Below are positions 53,182-62,444 of a DNA stretch of 64,000 bases, one piece after another. The position numbers and the translations under genes are program-made. The notes beneath the pieces were generated by a model. The model saw only the letters and a list, made by a program, of their open reading frames with translations. It made no database searches and was not told the DNA's origin. Numbering within the stretch: the stretch's first letter is position 1; each line of letters begins with the position of its first letter. Source of the DNA: Thermoplasmata archaeon (GTDB lineage: Archaea; Thermoplasmatota; E2; JACPAO01; JAHFTW01); the NCBI GenBank assembly GCA_034667725.1, contig JAXDQS010000003.1, positions 320,001 to 384,000 on the forward strand. The letters are read 5' to 3'.

Positions 53182-55761
53182 TCACGCCTTCTTCTTGGCC
53201 GCCTTCTTGCTTGCGGCCTTGCGGGCGGGGCGCTTCTTGCTGGGCGCGCGGCCCTCCTTCTCGGCCAGCAGGGCCACGGCCTCGTCCATGGTGACGGCGC
53301 CCACGTCCATTCCCTTCGGCAGGGTGGCGTTGGTGTCGCCGTGCTTGAGGTAGGGCCCGAAGCGGCCGTCGAGGATGCGCACGGGCTTGCCGTCGGCGGG
53401 GTGGTCGCCGACCTCGCGCAAGGCCGAGGCGGCAGCGCGTTGGCCGCGACCGCGCTTGGGCTGCGCGAGCAGGGCCAAGGCTTCGTCCAGGCCGATGGTG
53501 CCCAGCTGGGCCGGCGGGATGCTGCGGTACTCCAGCTTGCCGCCGACGTCGTGGGCGATGTAGGGGCCGAAGCGGCCGAGGCCGACGATGACGCGGCCGC
53601 CGTCGGGGTGCTCGCCCAGCTCCTTGGGGAGGCTGAGGAGGAACAGCGCTTCGTCGAGGTCGGCGTTGTCGGGGGTCTTGCCCTTGGGGAGGCTGGCGCG
53701 CTTGGGCTTGCCGTCGGCGGCGTCCTCGATGGTGCCGAGCTGGTAGTAGGGGCCGAAGCGGCCGTCGAGCACGAAGACGCGCAGGCCGGACTCGGGGTCT
53801 TCGCCGACGACTTGGGGGCCTTCCGCCTTCTGCTTCAGCAGGCGCTCGACGGTGGCTTCGTCCAGTTCGTCGGGGGTGACAGCCTCAGGGAGGCTAGCCG
53901 TGAGCTTCTCGCCGTCGCGCTCCACTTCGATGTAGGGGCCGAAGCGGCCGATCTTGACCTTGCAGGGCAGGTCGCCCAAGTCCACTTCGCGGCCTTCGCC
54001 GGGCGGGATCGACTCGAGGCGTTCCTGGATCTGGGCCTGCAGGCCGTCGGGGCCGAGGAAGAACCCGGTGAGGAACGGGACCCATTCGGCCTCGCCGGCG
54101 GCGATGAGGTCGAGCTTTTCCTCCATCTCGGCGGTGAAGGCGAGGTCCACCAGCTTGGGGAAGTGCTTCTCCAGGAGGCCGACGACGGCGAACGCGGTGA
54201 AGGTGGGGACGAGCGCCTTGCCCTTGGAGGCGACGTAGCCGCGGTTCTGGATGGTGTCCAGGATGGCGGCGTAGGTGCTGGGGCGGCCGATGCGCTCCTC
54301 GACGAGGGCCTTGACCAGGCTGGCTTCCGTGTAGCGCGCCGGCGGCTTGGTCTCGTGGCCTTCGGCGGCGACCTCCTTGCATTCCGGCTTGTCGCCTTGC
54401 TTGAGCGGGGGGAGGCTGCCTTCCTCGTCCTCGGTGGCGCCGTAGGCGGCGCGGTGGCCGGCGAAGTCGACGCGCTTGCCGCTGGCGGTGAAGGTGGCGT
54501 CGAGCGCCTGCAGGGTGACGGTCGTGGCGGTGAAGCGCTCGTTGGCCATCTGCGACGCGAGGGTGCGGGCCCAGACGAGGCGGTAGAGCGCCAGGTCGAT
54601 GCCGGCCAGGCCGGTGCGGTCGGGGTGCTGGAACTCGGCGCCGGCGGGGCGGATGGCCTCGTGGGCCTCCTGGGCGCCCTTCTGCTGCTTGCCGGCGTAG
54701 TCGCGCGGCTGCGGGTGCAGATAGTCGGCCCCAAACTCGGCACGCACCGCGGCCGCGGCGCCCTTCTGGCCTTCCTCGCTGAGGGCCGTCGAGTCGGTCC
54801 TCATGTAGGTGATGAACCCGTTCTCGAACAGCCGCTGGGCGGCCTGCATCGCCTGCTTGGCGCTGAGGTTGAGGCGGTTGTTGGCCTCCTGCTGGAGCGT
54901 GCTGGTGACGAACGGCGGCTGCGGGCTGCTCTGGCGCTGGGCCTCCGTGACCTCGGCGACCTTCCACGGCGCCTTCCTGAGGGCGGCCTGGAGCGTCTTG
55001 GCCTGCGCCTCCTCCAGCAGCAGGACGTCCTTGCCGGCGGCGAGCTTGCCCGTGTCGGGGTCGAAGTCCTTGCCGGTGGCCAGCCGCTTGCCGGCAAGGG
55101 CGACCATGCGTGCCTCGAACGGCCCGCCCTTGACGAGGCTCGCGGTGAGGCCCCAGTAGGCGCCGGCGCGGAAGGCGCGGCGCTCGCGCTCGCGCATCAC
55201 CACAAGGCGCACGGCGACCGACTGGACGCGGCCGGCGCTGAGGCCGCCGCCCACCTTCTTCCACAAGAGCGGGGACAGGGCGTAGCCGTAGAGGCGGTCG
55301 AGGATGCGGCGGGTCTCCTGCGCCTGCACCAGGTTGAGGTCCAGTTCGCGCGGCTTGGCGAGCGCCTTCAGCACGGCGTCCTTGGTGATCTCGTTGAAGA
55401 CCATCCGGCGCACGGGCACCTTGGGCTTGAGGGCCTCCACCAGGTGCCAGCTGATGCTCTCGCCCTCGCGGTCCTCGTCGGTGGCCAGGAACAGCTCGTC
55501 GGCGTCCTTCAGCTTGGAGCGCAACTCTCGCAGCACCTTCTCCTTGCCCGGGATGGTGACGTAGTAAGGCTGGAAGCCGTGCTCGATGTCCACGCCGTAG
55601 TCCGCCCACGGCTTGCCCTTGATCTCGGCCGGGATGACCGCCTTGCTGGTGGGCAGGTCGCGGATGTGGCCGACGCACGAGTCGACGACGTAGCCCTTGG
55701 GGAGGTAGCCCTGGATCTTCTTGCTCTTCGTCGGGGATTCCACGATGACGAGTTTGGGCAT
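53182..55761 (-). CDS. topA: DNA topoisomerase I, bacterial type with C-terminal GRFGPY repeats and Lys-rich tail
   Basis: LVIVESPTK, GHIRDL, ATDEDREGE, SAGRVQS, ITYMRTDS, QEAHEAIRP, GRPSTYA; four GRFGPY repeats. Confidence 0.96.
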   Translation of the reverse strand: MPKLVIVESPTKSKKIQGYLPKGYVVDSCVGHIRDLPTSKAVIPAEIKGKPWADYGVDIEHGFQPYYVTIPGKEKVLRELRSKLKDADELFLATDEDREGESISWHLVEALKPKVPVRRMVFNEITKDAVLKALAKPRELDLNLVQAQETRRILDRLYGYALSPLLWKKVGGGLSAGRVQSVAVRLVVMRERERRAFRAGAYWGLTASLVKGGPFEARMVALAGKRLATGKDFDPDTGKLAAGKDVLLLEEAQAKTLQAALRKAPWKVAEVTEAQRQSSPQPPFVTSTLQQEANNRLNLSAKQAMQAAQRLFENGFITYMRTDSTALSEEGQKGAAAAVRAEFGADYLHPQPRDYAGKQQKGAQEAHEAIRPAGAEFQHPDRTGLAGIDLALYRLVWARTLASQMANERFTATTVTLQALDATFTASGKRVDFAGHRAAYGATEDEEGSLPPLKQGDKPECKEVAAEGHETKPPARYTEASLVKALVEERIGRPSTYAAILDTIQNRGYVASKGKALVPTFTAFAVVGLLEKHFPKLVDLAFTAEMEEKLDLIAAGEAEWVPFLTGFFLGPDGLQAQIQERLESIPPGEGREVDLGDLPCKVKIGRFGPYIEVERDGEKLTASLPEAVTPDELDEATVERLLKQKAEGPQVVGEDPESGLRVFVLDGRFGPYYQLGTIEDAADGKPKRASLPKGKTPDNADLDEALFLLSLPKELGEHPDGGRVIVGLGRFGPYIAHDVGGKLEYRSIPPAQLGTIGLDEALALLAQPKRGRGQRAAASALREVGDHPADGKPVRILDGRFGPYLKHGDTNATLPKGMDVGAVTMDEAVALLAEKEGRAPSKKRPARKAASKKAAKKKA

Positions 55762-55830
55762 CCAGGGCTCCGCGGGGTCGGCCGACGCCGGGTGTGCCGG
55801 AAAACCCTTCGCCCGCGGGCCGGCATTGCG

Positions 55831-55849
55831 CACCCCCCGTAGGGGGGTG
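55831..55849. other. GTA-triloop hairpin in topA divergent promoter region
   Basis: CACCCCCC-GTA-GGGGGGTG. Confidence 0.6.
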
Positions 55850-55905
55850 TCGCGTTCGCCGGCGGCTGCCAAGCTTCTTGACGCCCGGGCGGGGTGGGTC
55901 GCGGC

Positions 55906-56241
55906 ATGGCCGAGCAGCTGACCTTGGATGCGATCGAGACCCGCGACATCGCGGAGGACCGGCTGGAGGTCGCCACCGTCCTGCTGGAGGCGGTCTTGGC
56001 GGCCGGCTTTCGAGCGCGGCGGCCCGACCTCGAGCTGGGCCACTTCGAGTTCACCGACGGCCAGGCCAAGGACCACGTGGTCACGGTTGACCTGGTGGCG
56101 TTGGGCCCGAAGGCCACGCGCGCCGTCGTGATGTCGCGCATCCTGTGGGGGCCGAAGCACGCCAACTTCACGAGCGCCCAGCGCAACGGCGACAATGTCC
56201 AGCGCGTCGTGGCCTTGATGGCGCGCTGGCCGAAGGCGTAG
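55906..56241 (+). CDS. Hypothetical protein
   Basis: 111-aa ORF with host-like codon usage, divergent from topA. Confidence 0.65.
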   Translation: MAEQLTLDAIETRDIAEDRLEVATVLLEAVLAAGFRARRPDLELGHFEFTDGQAKDHVVTVDLVALGPKATRAVVMSRILWGPKHANFTSAQRNGDNVQRVVALMARWPKA

Positions 56242-56244
56242 CGG

Positions 56245-57756
56245 CTACGCGAACCCGGTCAGGGCAGGGTCGCCGAGCGCGTCGCCCGTGTAGCCGAAGA
56301 CCCAGAGGCCGGTGGCGCGGTCGGTGCCGTAGACGTGGCCGTCCACGACGTTGACGTCCCAGGTGTTCAGGACGGCGTTCGGCACGTGGTCGTCGGGGAT
56401 GGGCGTGCGGGCGAGGTTGTAGCCGAGGACGGCCTGGGCGTTGTCGCCGGCCAGGATCTGCCCGAAGTCGAGCACCCAGACGCCGGCGTGGTTGTAGGTG
56501 AGGTAGACGCGGACGTCCTCGACGCTGACGTCGTCGCCGCGGGGCGCCACCTGCCACTGGTGGGTGGTGAGGTAGAGGCCTTGGCTGCCGTGCAGGCCCG
56601 GGTGGAACCACTCGGCCACGAGCTGGAGGTTGCCGAGGTCGTCGGCGTCCAGCACCCAGAGGCTGGGGACCGTCGTGCCGGCGGTGTACTCGGGGCTGGC
56701 CATGATGTAGCGGTGGCCGGCGGCACGGAACATCATGGCGGTGTGGACGTTGCCGTCGTAGTGGGTGGCGCCCTCGCCGTTCCAGGCGCCGACCTCGGTG
56801 ATCAGCGGCGCTTGCGAGATGTCGAGCACCTTGAGGCCCTCGTCCCAGTGCGACACCACGGCGTAGGAGCCGGCGCCGAAGGTGCCGTTCTCGTGGGTGA
56901 CGGTGACGTCGTGCGGGCCGCTGGAGAACAAGGTGCCGGCGACGCAGGTGGCCGGCTCGGGCAGGTCGCAGCTCGGGTCGCCGACGGCGGGCACCGCGCT
57001 GGGCATGGGGAGGCCGCCGCGGGTGGGCACGTACTCCACGAAGCCGAGGTTGAGGATGAACGGGCCGTCGCGCTGGATGAGGTAGCTGCGGACGTGCTGG
57101 CTGATGCAGAACACGGCGTCCTGGTTGGCGGCGACCTGGACGGGCTCCAGCATGTGGCAGCCCACCTGCGTGTCGAAGACGGCGCCGAGGTGCTGGGGCG
57201 CCTTGGGGTCGGTGAGCGAGTAGGCCGTGAAGCCGGCGGGGGAGGCGGGCGCCATGGGGTCCGCGACGCCGGCGGTGGCCAGGGCTTGGCTGGCGGTGTA
57301 GAGGATCTTGCCGTCGTCGCTGATCTTCACGTCGGTGACGTGCAGGCCCGGCTGCGGGATGAACGACAGCACCTTGGGCGCAGCGCGGTCGGCGATGTCG
57401 AGGACGTAGACGCCGCCGGGCTCGCCGGAGCCGACGACCGCCACGGCGCCCAGGTCGAGGTCGCCGCGCATGTCCATCTCGCCGAGGTACTTGTGGGGCA
57501 CGCCGTCCTGCCGCAGCGCCGTCCAGCCGATGGCGGGCAGGGTGCAGGTGCGGACGTTGGTGGTGGCGAACTCGGTGGCGTTGTCCTTGTCGTCCGAGAT
57601 GGGGTCGAACGTGGGCTCGGCCAGCAGGACGCCTTCCTGGTCGTACGGGCTGGACGGGCACAGCTGCGCCTGGTCGAGGACGTCGTCGTCCGTCGTGGGG
57701 GTCGTGCAGCCGGCCAACAGGAGGGCAAGGCCGAGGGCGAGGGGCGTCCAGCGCAT
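56245..57756 (-). CDS. LVIVD-repeat lipoprotein (beta-propeller)
   Basis: LLLAGC lipobox; GVYVLDIAD..P, GLKVLDIS..P and GVWVLDF repeats; several His (HDV, NVHT, TTHQ). Confidence 0.85.
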   Translation of the reverse strand: MRWTPLALGLALLLAGCTTPTTDDDVLDQAQLCPSSPYDQEGVLLAEPTFDPISDDKDNATEFATTNVRTCTLPAIGWTALRQDGVPHKYLGEMDMRGDLDLGAVAVVGSGEPGGVYVLDIADRAAPKVLSFIPQPGLHVTDVKISDDGKILYTASQALATAGVADPMAPASPAGFTAYSLTDPKAPQHLGAVFDTQVGCHMLEPVQVAANQDAVFCISQHVRSYLIQRDGPFILNLGFVEYVPTRGGLPMPSAVPAVGDPSCDLPEPATCVAGTLFSSGPHDVTVTHENGTFGAGSYAVVSHWDEGLKVLDISQAPLITEVGAWNGEGATHYDGNVHTAMMFRAAGHRYIMASPEYTAGTTVPSLWVLDADDLGNLQLVAEWFHPGLHGSQGLYLTTHQWQVAPRGDDVSVEDVRVYLTYNHAGVWVLDFGQILAGDNAQAVLGYNLARTPIPDDHVPNAVLNTWDVNVVDGHVYGTDRATGLWVFGYTGDALGDPALTGFA

Positions 57757-57864
57757 CGAGGCAAGCGACTTGGGGGGAGGTGATGAAGGATGCGGCAGTG
57801 GGCTTTTGGCGCGACCAGTCCCCTGAACCGTTTTGCAGGTCGCCCAAGTTCGGGGGTCTCGGTG

Positions 57865-58072
57865 GATTCCTGAGAACTCTGTGGAATCTGTGTCCAGCCG
57901 GCGGCCGACGGGCACCGATTTCCCCAGATTCGGAAGATTCCCACAGAGGTCTGTGGAGTCTGTGTCCAGCCGGCGGCCCGCGACGAGCACTGATTTTCCC
58001 AGATTCGGAAGATTCCCGCAGAGGTCTGTGGAATCTGTGTCCAGGGGGCCGCTCTGTGGAGTCTGTGTCCAG
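57865..58072 (+). repeat. Tandem array of 70-75-bp units of the CAGATT/AATCTGTG repeat family
   Basis: GCAC.GATTT.CCCAGATTCGGAAGATTCCC.CAGAGGTCTGTGGA.TCTGTGTCCAG, two full plus two partial copies. Confidence 0.9.
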
Positions 58073-58085
58073 TTGGGGCAGACCC

Positions 58086-58238
58086 CTAGTTCGGTGGGCT
58101 CGGACCCAGGCCGCCGTTGCCAAGGTTCGCCCGCAGCCCCGCAAGCGCCAGCTCCTTCAGGCTCCGCCCCGCGTTCTCCGGCCGCAGCGGGCACAGCACG
58201 CATTCCGGCTCGCTCCGGCAGCACGCCAGTTCCCGCAT
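58086..58238 (-). CDS. Small Cys-rich protein (CCxSxPxCxxCP)
   Basis: MRELACCRSEPECVLCPLRPEN...; divergent from Lrp gene; alternative TTG start 58253. Confidence 0.55.
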   Translation of the reverse strand: MRELACCRSEPECVLCPLRPENAGRSLKELALAGLRANLGNGGLGPSPPN

Positions 58239-58372
58239 CCGCAGCGTCTCCAACGAATTGCGGCAGAAGTGCTGCGCACAAGAGGATGGCGCCTGAAATT
58301 CTCCACCGGAAACCGCAGCCGCGGAATGCCAAACCCCCAAATACTGCCCAAGTTTGTGCATCGGCGGTCGGT

Positions 58373-58780
58373 ATGGACGAAGTCGACAAGAAGATCGTTT
58401 TGATCCTGCGCCAGAACGCCCGCGAGTCGTTCACGCAGATCGCGGAGCAGGTCGGGACGTCGGAGGGCACGGTGCGGGCCCGCGTGAAGAAGCTCACGGA
58501 GGACGGCACCATCCGCCAGTTCACCATCCGCACGGCGGGCAGCCACGTCAAGGCCTTGGTCGAGGTCAACGTGACCGCCAACGTGCACACCTCGGACGTG
58601 GCCAAGACCATCCGGCAATGGGCCGGCGTGGACGCGGTCTGGGAGGTCACCGGGGACAACGACATCATGGTGGTGGCGGACTGCCCGACGACCGAGGAGC
58701 TCAACGGCATCATCGACAAGATTCGCGACGTGCCGGGGACCCAGGCGACGCGGTCGCGGCTCATCCTGAAGGAGCACTAG
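58373..58780 (+). CDS. Lrp/AsnC transcriptional regulator
   Basis: MDEVDKKIV, NARES..IA, SEGTVRARVKKL, EVTGDND. Confidence 0.93.
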   Translation: MDEVDKKIVLILRQNARESFTQIAEQVGTSEGTVRARVKKLTEDGTIRQFTIRTAGSHVKALVEVNVTANVHTSDVAKTIRQWAGVDAVWEVTGDNDIMVVADCPTTEELNGIIDKIRDVPGTQATRSRLILKEH

Positions 58781-58803
58781 GCTGCGGCCCTCCCCACCCA
58801 CTA

Positions 58804-58838
58804 GACACAGATTCCGAAGATTCTGTGGAATCTGTGTC
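58804..58838. repeat. Single palindromic CACAGATT/AATCTGTG element between convergent genes
   Basis: GACACAGATTCC ... GGAATCTGTGTC perfect 12-bp inverted repeat. Confidence 0.88.
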
Positions 58839-58862
58839 AGGTCCATCGGTCGGGTCAAGCGG

Positions 58863-59510
58863 TCAAGCGCGCGCCGCCAGCCACCCGTCGATGCCATCGA
58901 GGACGTACTGCACGGCGAACGCCACGGTCAGCAGGCCCATGATGCGGGTGATGACGCGGCGGCCGTTGTCGCCGATGATGTGGCTGGCGCGGGCGGTGGC
59001 CAGCAGGATCGCGAGCGCGCCCACCATGGCCAGCAGGATGGCGACGCTGATGGTGGCCAGGTCATGGCGGGTGCCTTGCACGATGACCAGGCTGATGGCG
59101 CCCGGGCCGGCGAGCATGGGAAGCCCGAGAGGCACCAGGCTCGGGTCGTGGGCAACAGGGCCGCCGCGGTGGGTGCCGCCGGTCGTGACCTCCAGCTCCC
59201 CTTCCGCGATCTCGCGCAGGGGGACCTCCTCGCCTTCGCGCAGCATGTTGAGGCCAATCAGCACCAGCAGGATGCCGCCGGCGACGCGAAGGCTGTAGAG
59301 CTCGATGCCGAGGTGGCGCAGCAGGGCTTGGCCGGCGACCGCGAACAGCAGCAGCACCGCTGCGGCGAACATGCAGGCCTTGAGGGCGATGCGGTCGCGG
59401 GCAGGCCGGTCGGCGCGCGCCGTGAGGCCGAGATAGAGGCCGATGGAGGCCAGCGGGTCCACCACCACGAAGAGCGGGACGAGGGCGAGCACCAGCTCCT
59501 GCGGGTCCAT
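58863..59510 (-). CDS. MarC family membrane protein
   Basis: LFVVVDP, AGGILL, VPLG.P.LAGPGAI, RIMGLL...AVQ. Confidence 0.92.
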   Translation of the reverse strand: MDPQELVLALVPLFVVVDPLASIGLYLGLTARADRPARDRIALKACMFAAAVLLLFAVAGQALLRHLGIELYSLRVAGGILLVLIGLNMLREGEEVPLREIAEGELEVTTGGTHRGGPVAHDPSLVPLGLPMLAGPGAISLVIVQGTRHDLATISVAILLAMVGALAILLATARASHIIGDNGRRVITRIMGLLTVAFAVQYVLDGIDGWLAARA

Positions 59511-59516
59511 GGGGCC

Positions 59517-60476
59517 TCAGTAGGCGACCGTCATGCGACGGCGCGGGTTGCGCGGGCGCTCCATCTCGTCCACGAAGGCCACGGCGTAGTCCTCCATGCT
59601 GATGCGGCTCTCGCCCTTGGCGTCGGCCAGGAGCTGGTCGGTGCCGGCGCGGTACTTGCCGGTGCGCTTGCCGGGCTCGACCATGGCGGGCGGGCTGATG
59701 CAGGTCCACTGCAGGTCGCCGGCGCGCTCGGCCAGCACCTGCATGGCGTCGCGGTGCGCGAGGGCCAGCGGGCGCCACTCGGCGGGGAAGCTGGGCGAGT
59801 CCAGCAGCTGCTTGCCGCCGGGGACCTGGAGGCTGCCGGCGCCGCCGACCCACAGCAGGCGCGGGACGTTGGCCTCGCGGGTGCCTTGCGTCAGCGCGAC
59901 CGCGGCGTCCGACAGCTCGTCGGGGCTCTCCAGCCGCGGCGCCACGGCGGCGGCCACCACGTCGTGGCCCTTGGCGACGGCGCGGACCATCAAGGGGTCG
60001 GAGGCGTCGGCGCGCACCGCCCGCAGGTTGGGGTGGCGCAGCTGGAGCTTCTCCGGGTGCCGCATGGCGGCCGTGACCTGGTGGCCGCGCGCGAGCGCCT
60101 CCTGCGCGATGCGCGAGCCGATGCGGCCCGACGCGCCAAAGAGCGCGACCCGCAGCGGCTTGACGACCTCGCGGAACTCGACCTCGGGCGCGGCGGGGGC
60201 CGGGCGCGCCGCGGCCGTGCGCACGGCGGGCTTCGCCTTCGCCGGCGCCGCGGCCTTCTTGGCCGGCGGCCGGGCCGCGGCCTTGCGGACGGCCGGCTTG
60301 GACGCGCGCTTGGGCACCTTCTTGGCCGCCGGGCGCGCCGCCTTGCGGACGGCCTTCTTCGGGGCCTTGCGGGCGACGGCCTTCTTGGGGGCACGCGCCG
60401 GGCGCTTGGCGGGGCGGGGGGAACGCGCGGAGCGGGCGGGGCGGGCGGCCTTCTTCGGGGCCTTGCGGGCGGCCAT
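59517..60476 (-). CDS. NAD(P)H-binding oxidoreductase (YwnB/BVR-B-like) with histone-H1-like N-terminal extension
   Basis: About 100 aa of ARKAPKKA repeats, then GASGRIG, VGGAGSL, WT..SP, G.RTG.YR.G, ISMEDYA.A. Confidence 0.88.
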   Translation of the reverse strand: MAARKAPKKAARPARSARSPRPAKRPARAPKKAVARKAPKKAVRKAARPAAKKVPKRASKPAVRKAAARPPAKKAAAPAKAKPAVRTAAARPAPAAPEVEFREVVKPLRVALFGASGRIGSRIAQEALARGHQVTAAMRHPEKLQLRHPNLRAVRADASDPLMVRAVAKGHDVVAAAVAPRLESPDELSDAAVALTQGTREANVPRLLWVGGAGSLQVPGGKQLLDSPSFPAEWRPLALAHRDAMQVLAERAGDLQWTCISPPAMVEPGKRTGKYRAGTDQLLADAKGESRISMEDYAVAFVDEMERPRNPRRRMTVAY

Positions 60477-60707
60477 GGCCGTGCCAAGGGCCTCGCGGCC
60501 ATAAGCGATGCCCCTGCGGAAAGCGGTATCAAGGACCACGACCACACTAGAGGCTAGCCACGCCGCAGTGACGCAAGCCTTCGAGGGCTCGCCCTCCACC
60601 GGCCTGGACCCGCTTCGCGGCAGTCCCAGGCCAAATCTGTGCCGTGATCCTCGGCGTGGCGTTCTTCTCCTCCCGTTTTTATCCCCCCGCCCGGTGGCCG
60701 CGCGTCC

Positions 60708-62162
60708 ATGCCCGCCACCGCCGTTGCCAAGTCCAAGGACTTCATGGAGTGGTACAACGAGATTGTCGAGGTCGCGGAGCTGACGGACAAGCGCTACCCG
60801 ATCAAGGGCATGAACATCTGGCGCCCGTACGGCCAGCGCATCATGTCGGCGATCGACGGCTTCACCCGCGCCGAGATGGCCCGCACCCACCACGACGAGG
60901 TGTCGTTCCCGCTCTTGATCCCGGAGAAGCTGTTCATGAAGGAGGCCGACCAGATCAAGGGCTTCGGCTCCGAGGTGTTCTGGGTGACGCACGCCGGCGA
61001 CAACAAGCTGCCCGACGGCGAGCGCTGGATCGTGCGCCCCACGTCAGAGTGCGCGATGTACGAGATCTTCCCGCTCTGGATCCGCAGCCACTCGGACCTG
61101 CCGCTCACCACCTACCAGATCTGCAACGTGTTCCGGTACGAGACCAAGCAGACACGGGCCTTCATGCGGGTGCGCGAAATCCACTTTTTCGAGGACCACT
61201 CCGTCTTCGCCGACGAGAAGTCCGCCCGCGAGCACGTCGAGCTGGACCTGCAGATCGTCCGCAACGTGTACCAGAAGCTCGCCCTGCCCGCGCTCTACTC
61301 GAAGCGCCCCGACTGGGACAAGTTCCCGGGGGCCGTGGACTCCACCGGCGCCGACGTCGTCATGCCGTCGGGCCGCACCCTGCAATGCGCCACGGTCCAC
61401 TACTACGGCGAGAACTTCGCGCGCGCCTACGACATGAAGTATGAGGCCGAGTCCGGCGGGCACAAGCACTGCCACCAGACCACCTACGGCATGAGCGAGC
61501 GCCTGGTCGGCGCCATCGTGGGCTGCCACGGCGACGACAACGGCCTGATTCTCCCGCCGGACATCGCGCCCCTCCAGGTCGTCGTCGTGCCCGTGCTGTT
61601 CAAGGGGGACGCCGAGCCCGTGCTGAAGGCGTGCCGCGAGGTGGCGGCCCGGCTGCGCGCCGCCGGCTTCCGCGTCGAATTGGACGAGCGCAACAAGTCG
61701 AGCGGCGAGAAGTACTACCACTGGGAACTGCGTGGCGTCCCGCTCCGGCTCGAGGTCGGCCCCAAGGACGTCGAGAAGCAGTCGGTGTTCGCCGCCCGCC
61801 GCGACATGGGCAAGGAGGGCAAGAAAGCCATCCCGATGGCGGAGCTGGAGACCGGCGTGCGCGCCATCCTGGACTCGGTCCAGAAGGCCTTGTTCGAGAA
61901 GCAGGCCGCGTTCGTCGCCACCCGGGTCCAGCACCCGAGGACGCTGGAGGAGGCAAAGACGCTCGACGCCGACGGGCAGGCCTCCGGCACCGGCTACATC
62001 CTCGCCATGGCGATCTGCGGCAACGCGTGCGCCGCCCAGGTCGAGAAGGGCCTCGACATCAAGACCCTCGGCGTGCCCGTGGACAAGGAGTATGCGCCGG
62101 CGCCATGCGCGGTGTGCGGCACGCAGGCCAAGGACACGCTCAGGTTCGCGCGGACGTACTGA
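60708..62162 (+). CDS. proS: Prolyl-tRNA synthetase, archaeal/eukaryotic type
   Basis: EWY, RPTSE, WIRSHSDLP, FRYETK.TR.F.R.RE, TTYG.SER, HGDD.GL.LPP. Confidence 0.96.
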   Translation: MPATAVAKSKDFMEWYNEIVEVAELTDKRYPIKGMNIWRPYGQRIMSAIDGFTRAEMARTHHDEVSFPLLIPEKLFMKEADQIKGFGSEVFWVTHAGDNKLPDGERWIVRPTSECAMYEIFPLWIRSHSDLPLTTYQICNVFRYETKQTRAFMRVREIHFFEDHSVFADEKSAREHVELDLQIVRNVYQKLALPALYSKRPDWDKFPGAVDSTGADVVMPSGRTLQCATVHYYGENFARAYDMKYEAESGGHKHCHQTTYGMSERLVGAIVGCHGDDNGLILPPDIAPLQVVVVPVLFKGDAEPVLKACREVAARLRAAGFRVELDERNKSSGEKYYHWELRGVPLRLEVGPKDVEKQSVFAARRDMGKEGKKAIPMAELETGVRAILDSVQKALFEKQAAFVATRVQHPRTLEEAKTLDADGQASGTGYILAMAICGNACAAQVEKGLDIKTLGVPVDKEYAPAPCAVCGTQAKDTLRFARTY

Positions 62163-62195
62163 GCCTCCTTCGTTTGTCTCGGTGCGGCGCGGCGG

Positions 62196-62444
62196 GCACT
62201 GATTTACCCAGATTCGGAAGATTCTCGCAGAACTCTGTGGAATCTGTGTCTAGTTGCGGCGACGGGCACCGATTCGCACAGATTCGGAAGATTCCCACAG
62301 AGGTCTGTGGAATTTTTTGGCTAGGCCCCGCCAGAACCAAAGTCAGGGTCTGTGGAATCTGCGTCCAGTCGGCGGCCCCGCGACGAGCACTGATTTCCTC
62401 AGATTCAGAAGATTCCCACAGAAATCTGTGGAATCTGTGTCCAG
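62196..62444 (+). repeat. Second tandem array of the CAGATT/AATCTGTG repeat family
   Basis: Three GCAC.GATT...CAGATTC.GAAGATTC..CAGA..TCTGTGGAAT units plus one half-unit; between convergent genes. Confidence 0.9.

Noticed and set aside
57865-58072. CRISPR array (also 62196-62444)
   Set aside because: Conserved part is about 57 bp and degenerate, linkers are short and similar to each other rather than unique spacers, and no cas genes are present.
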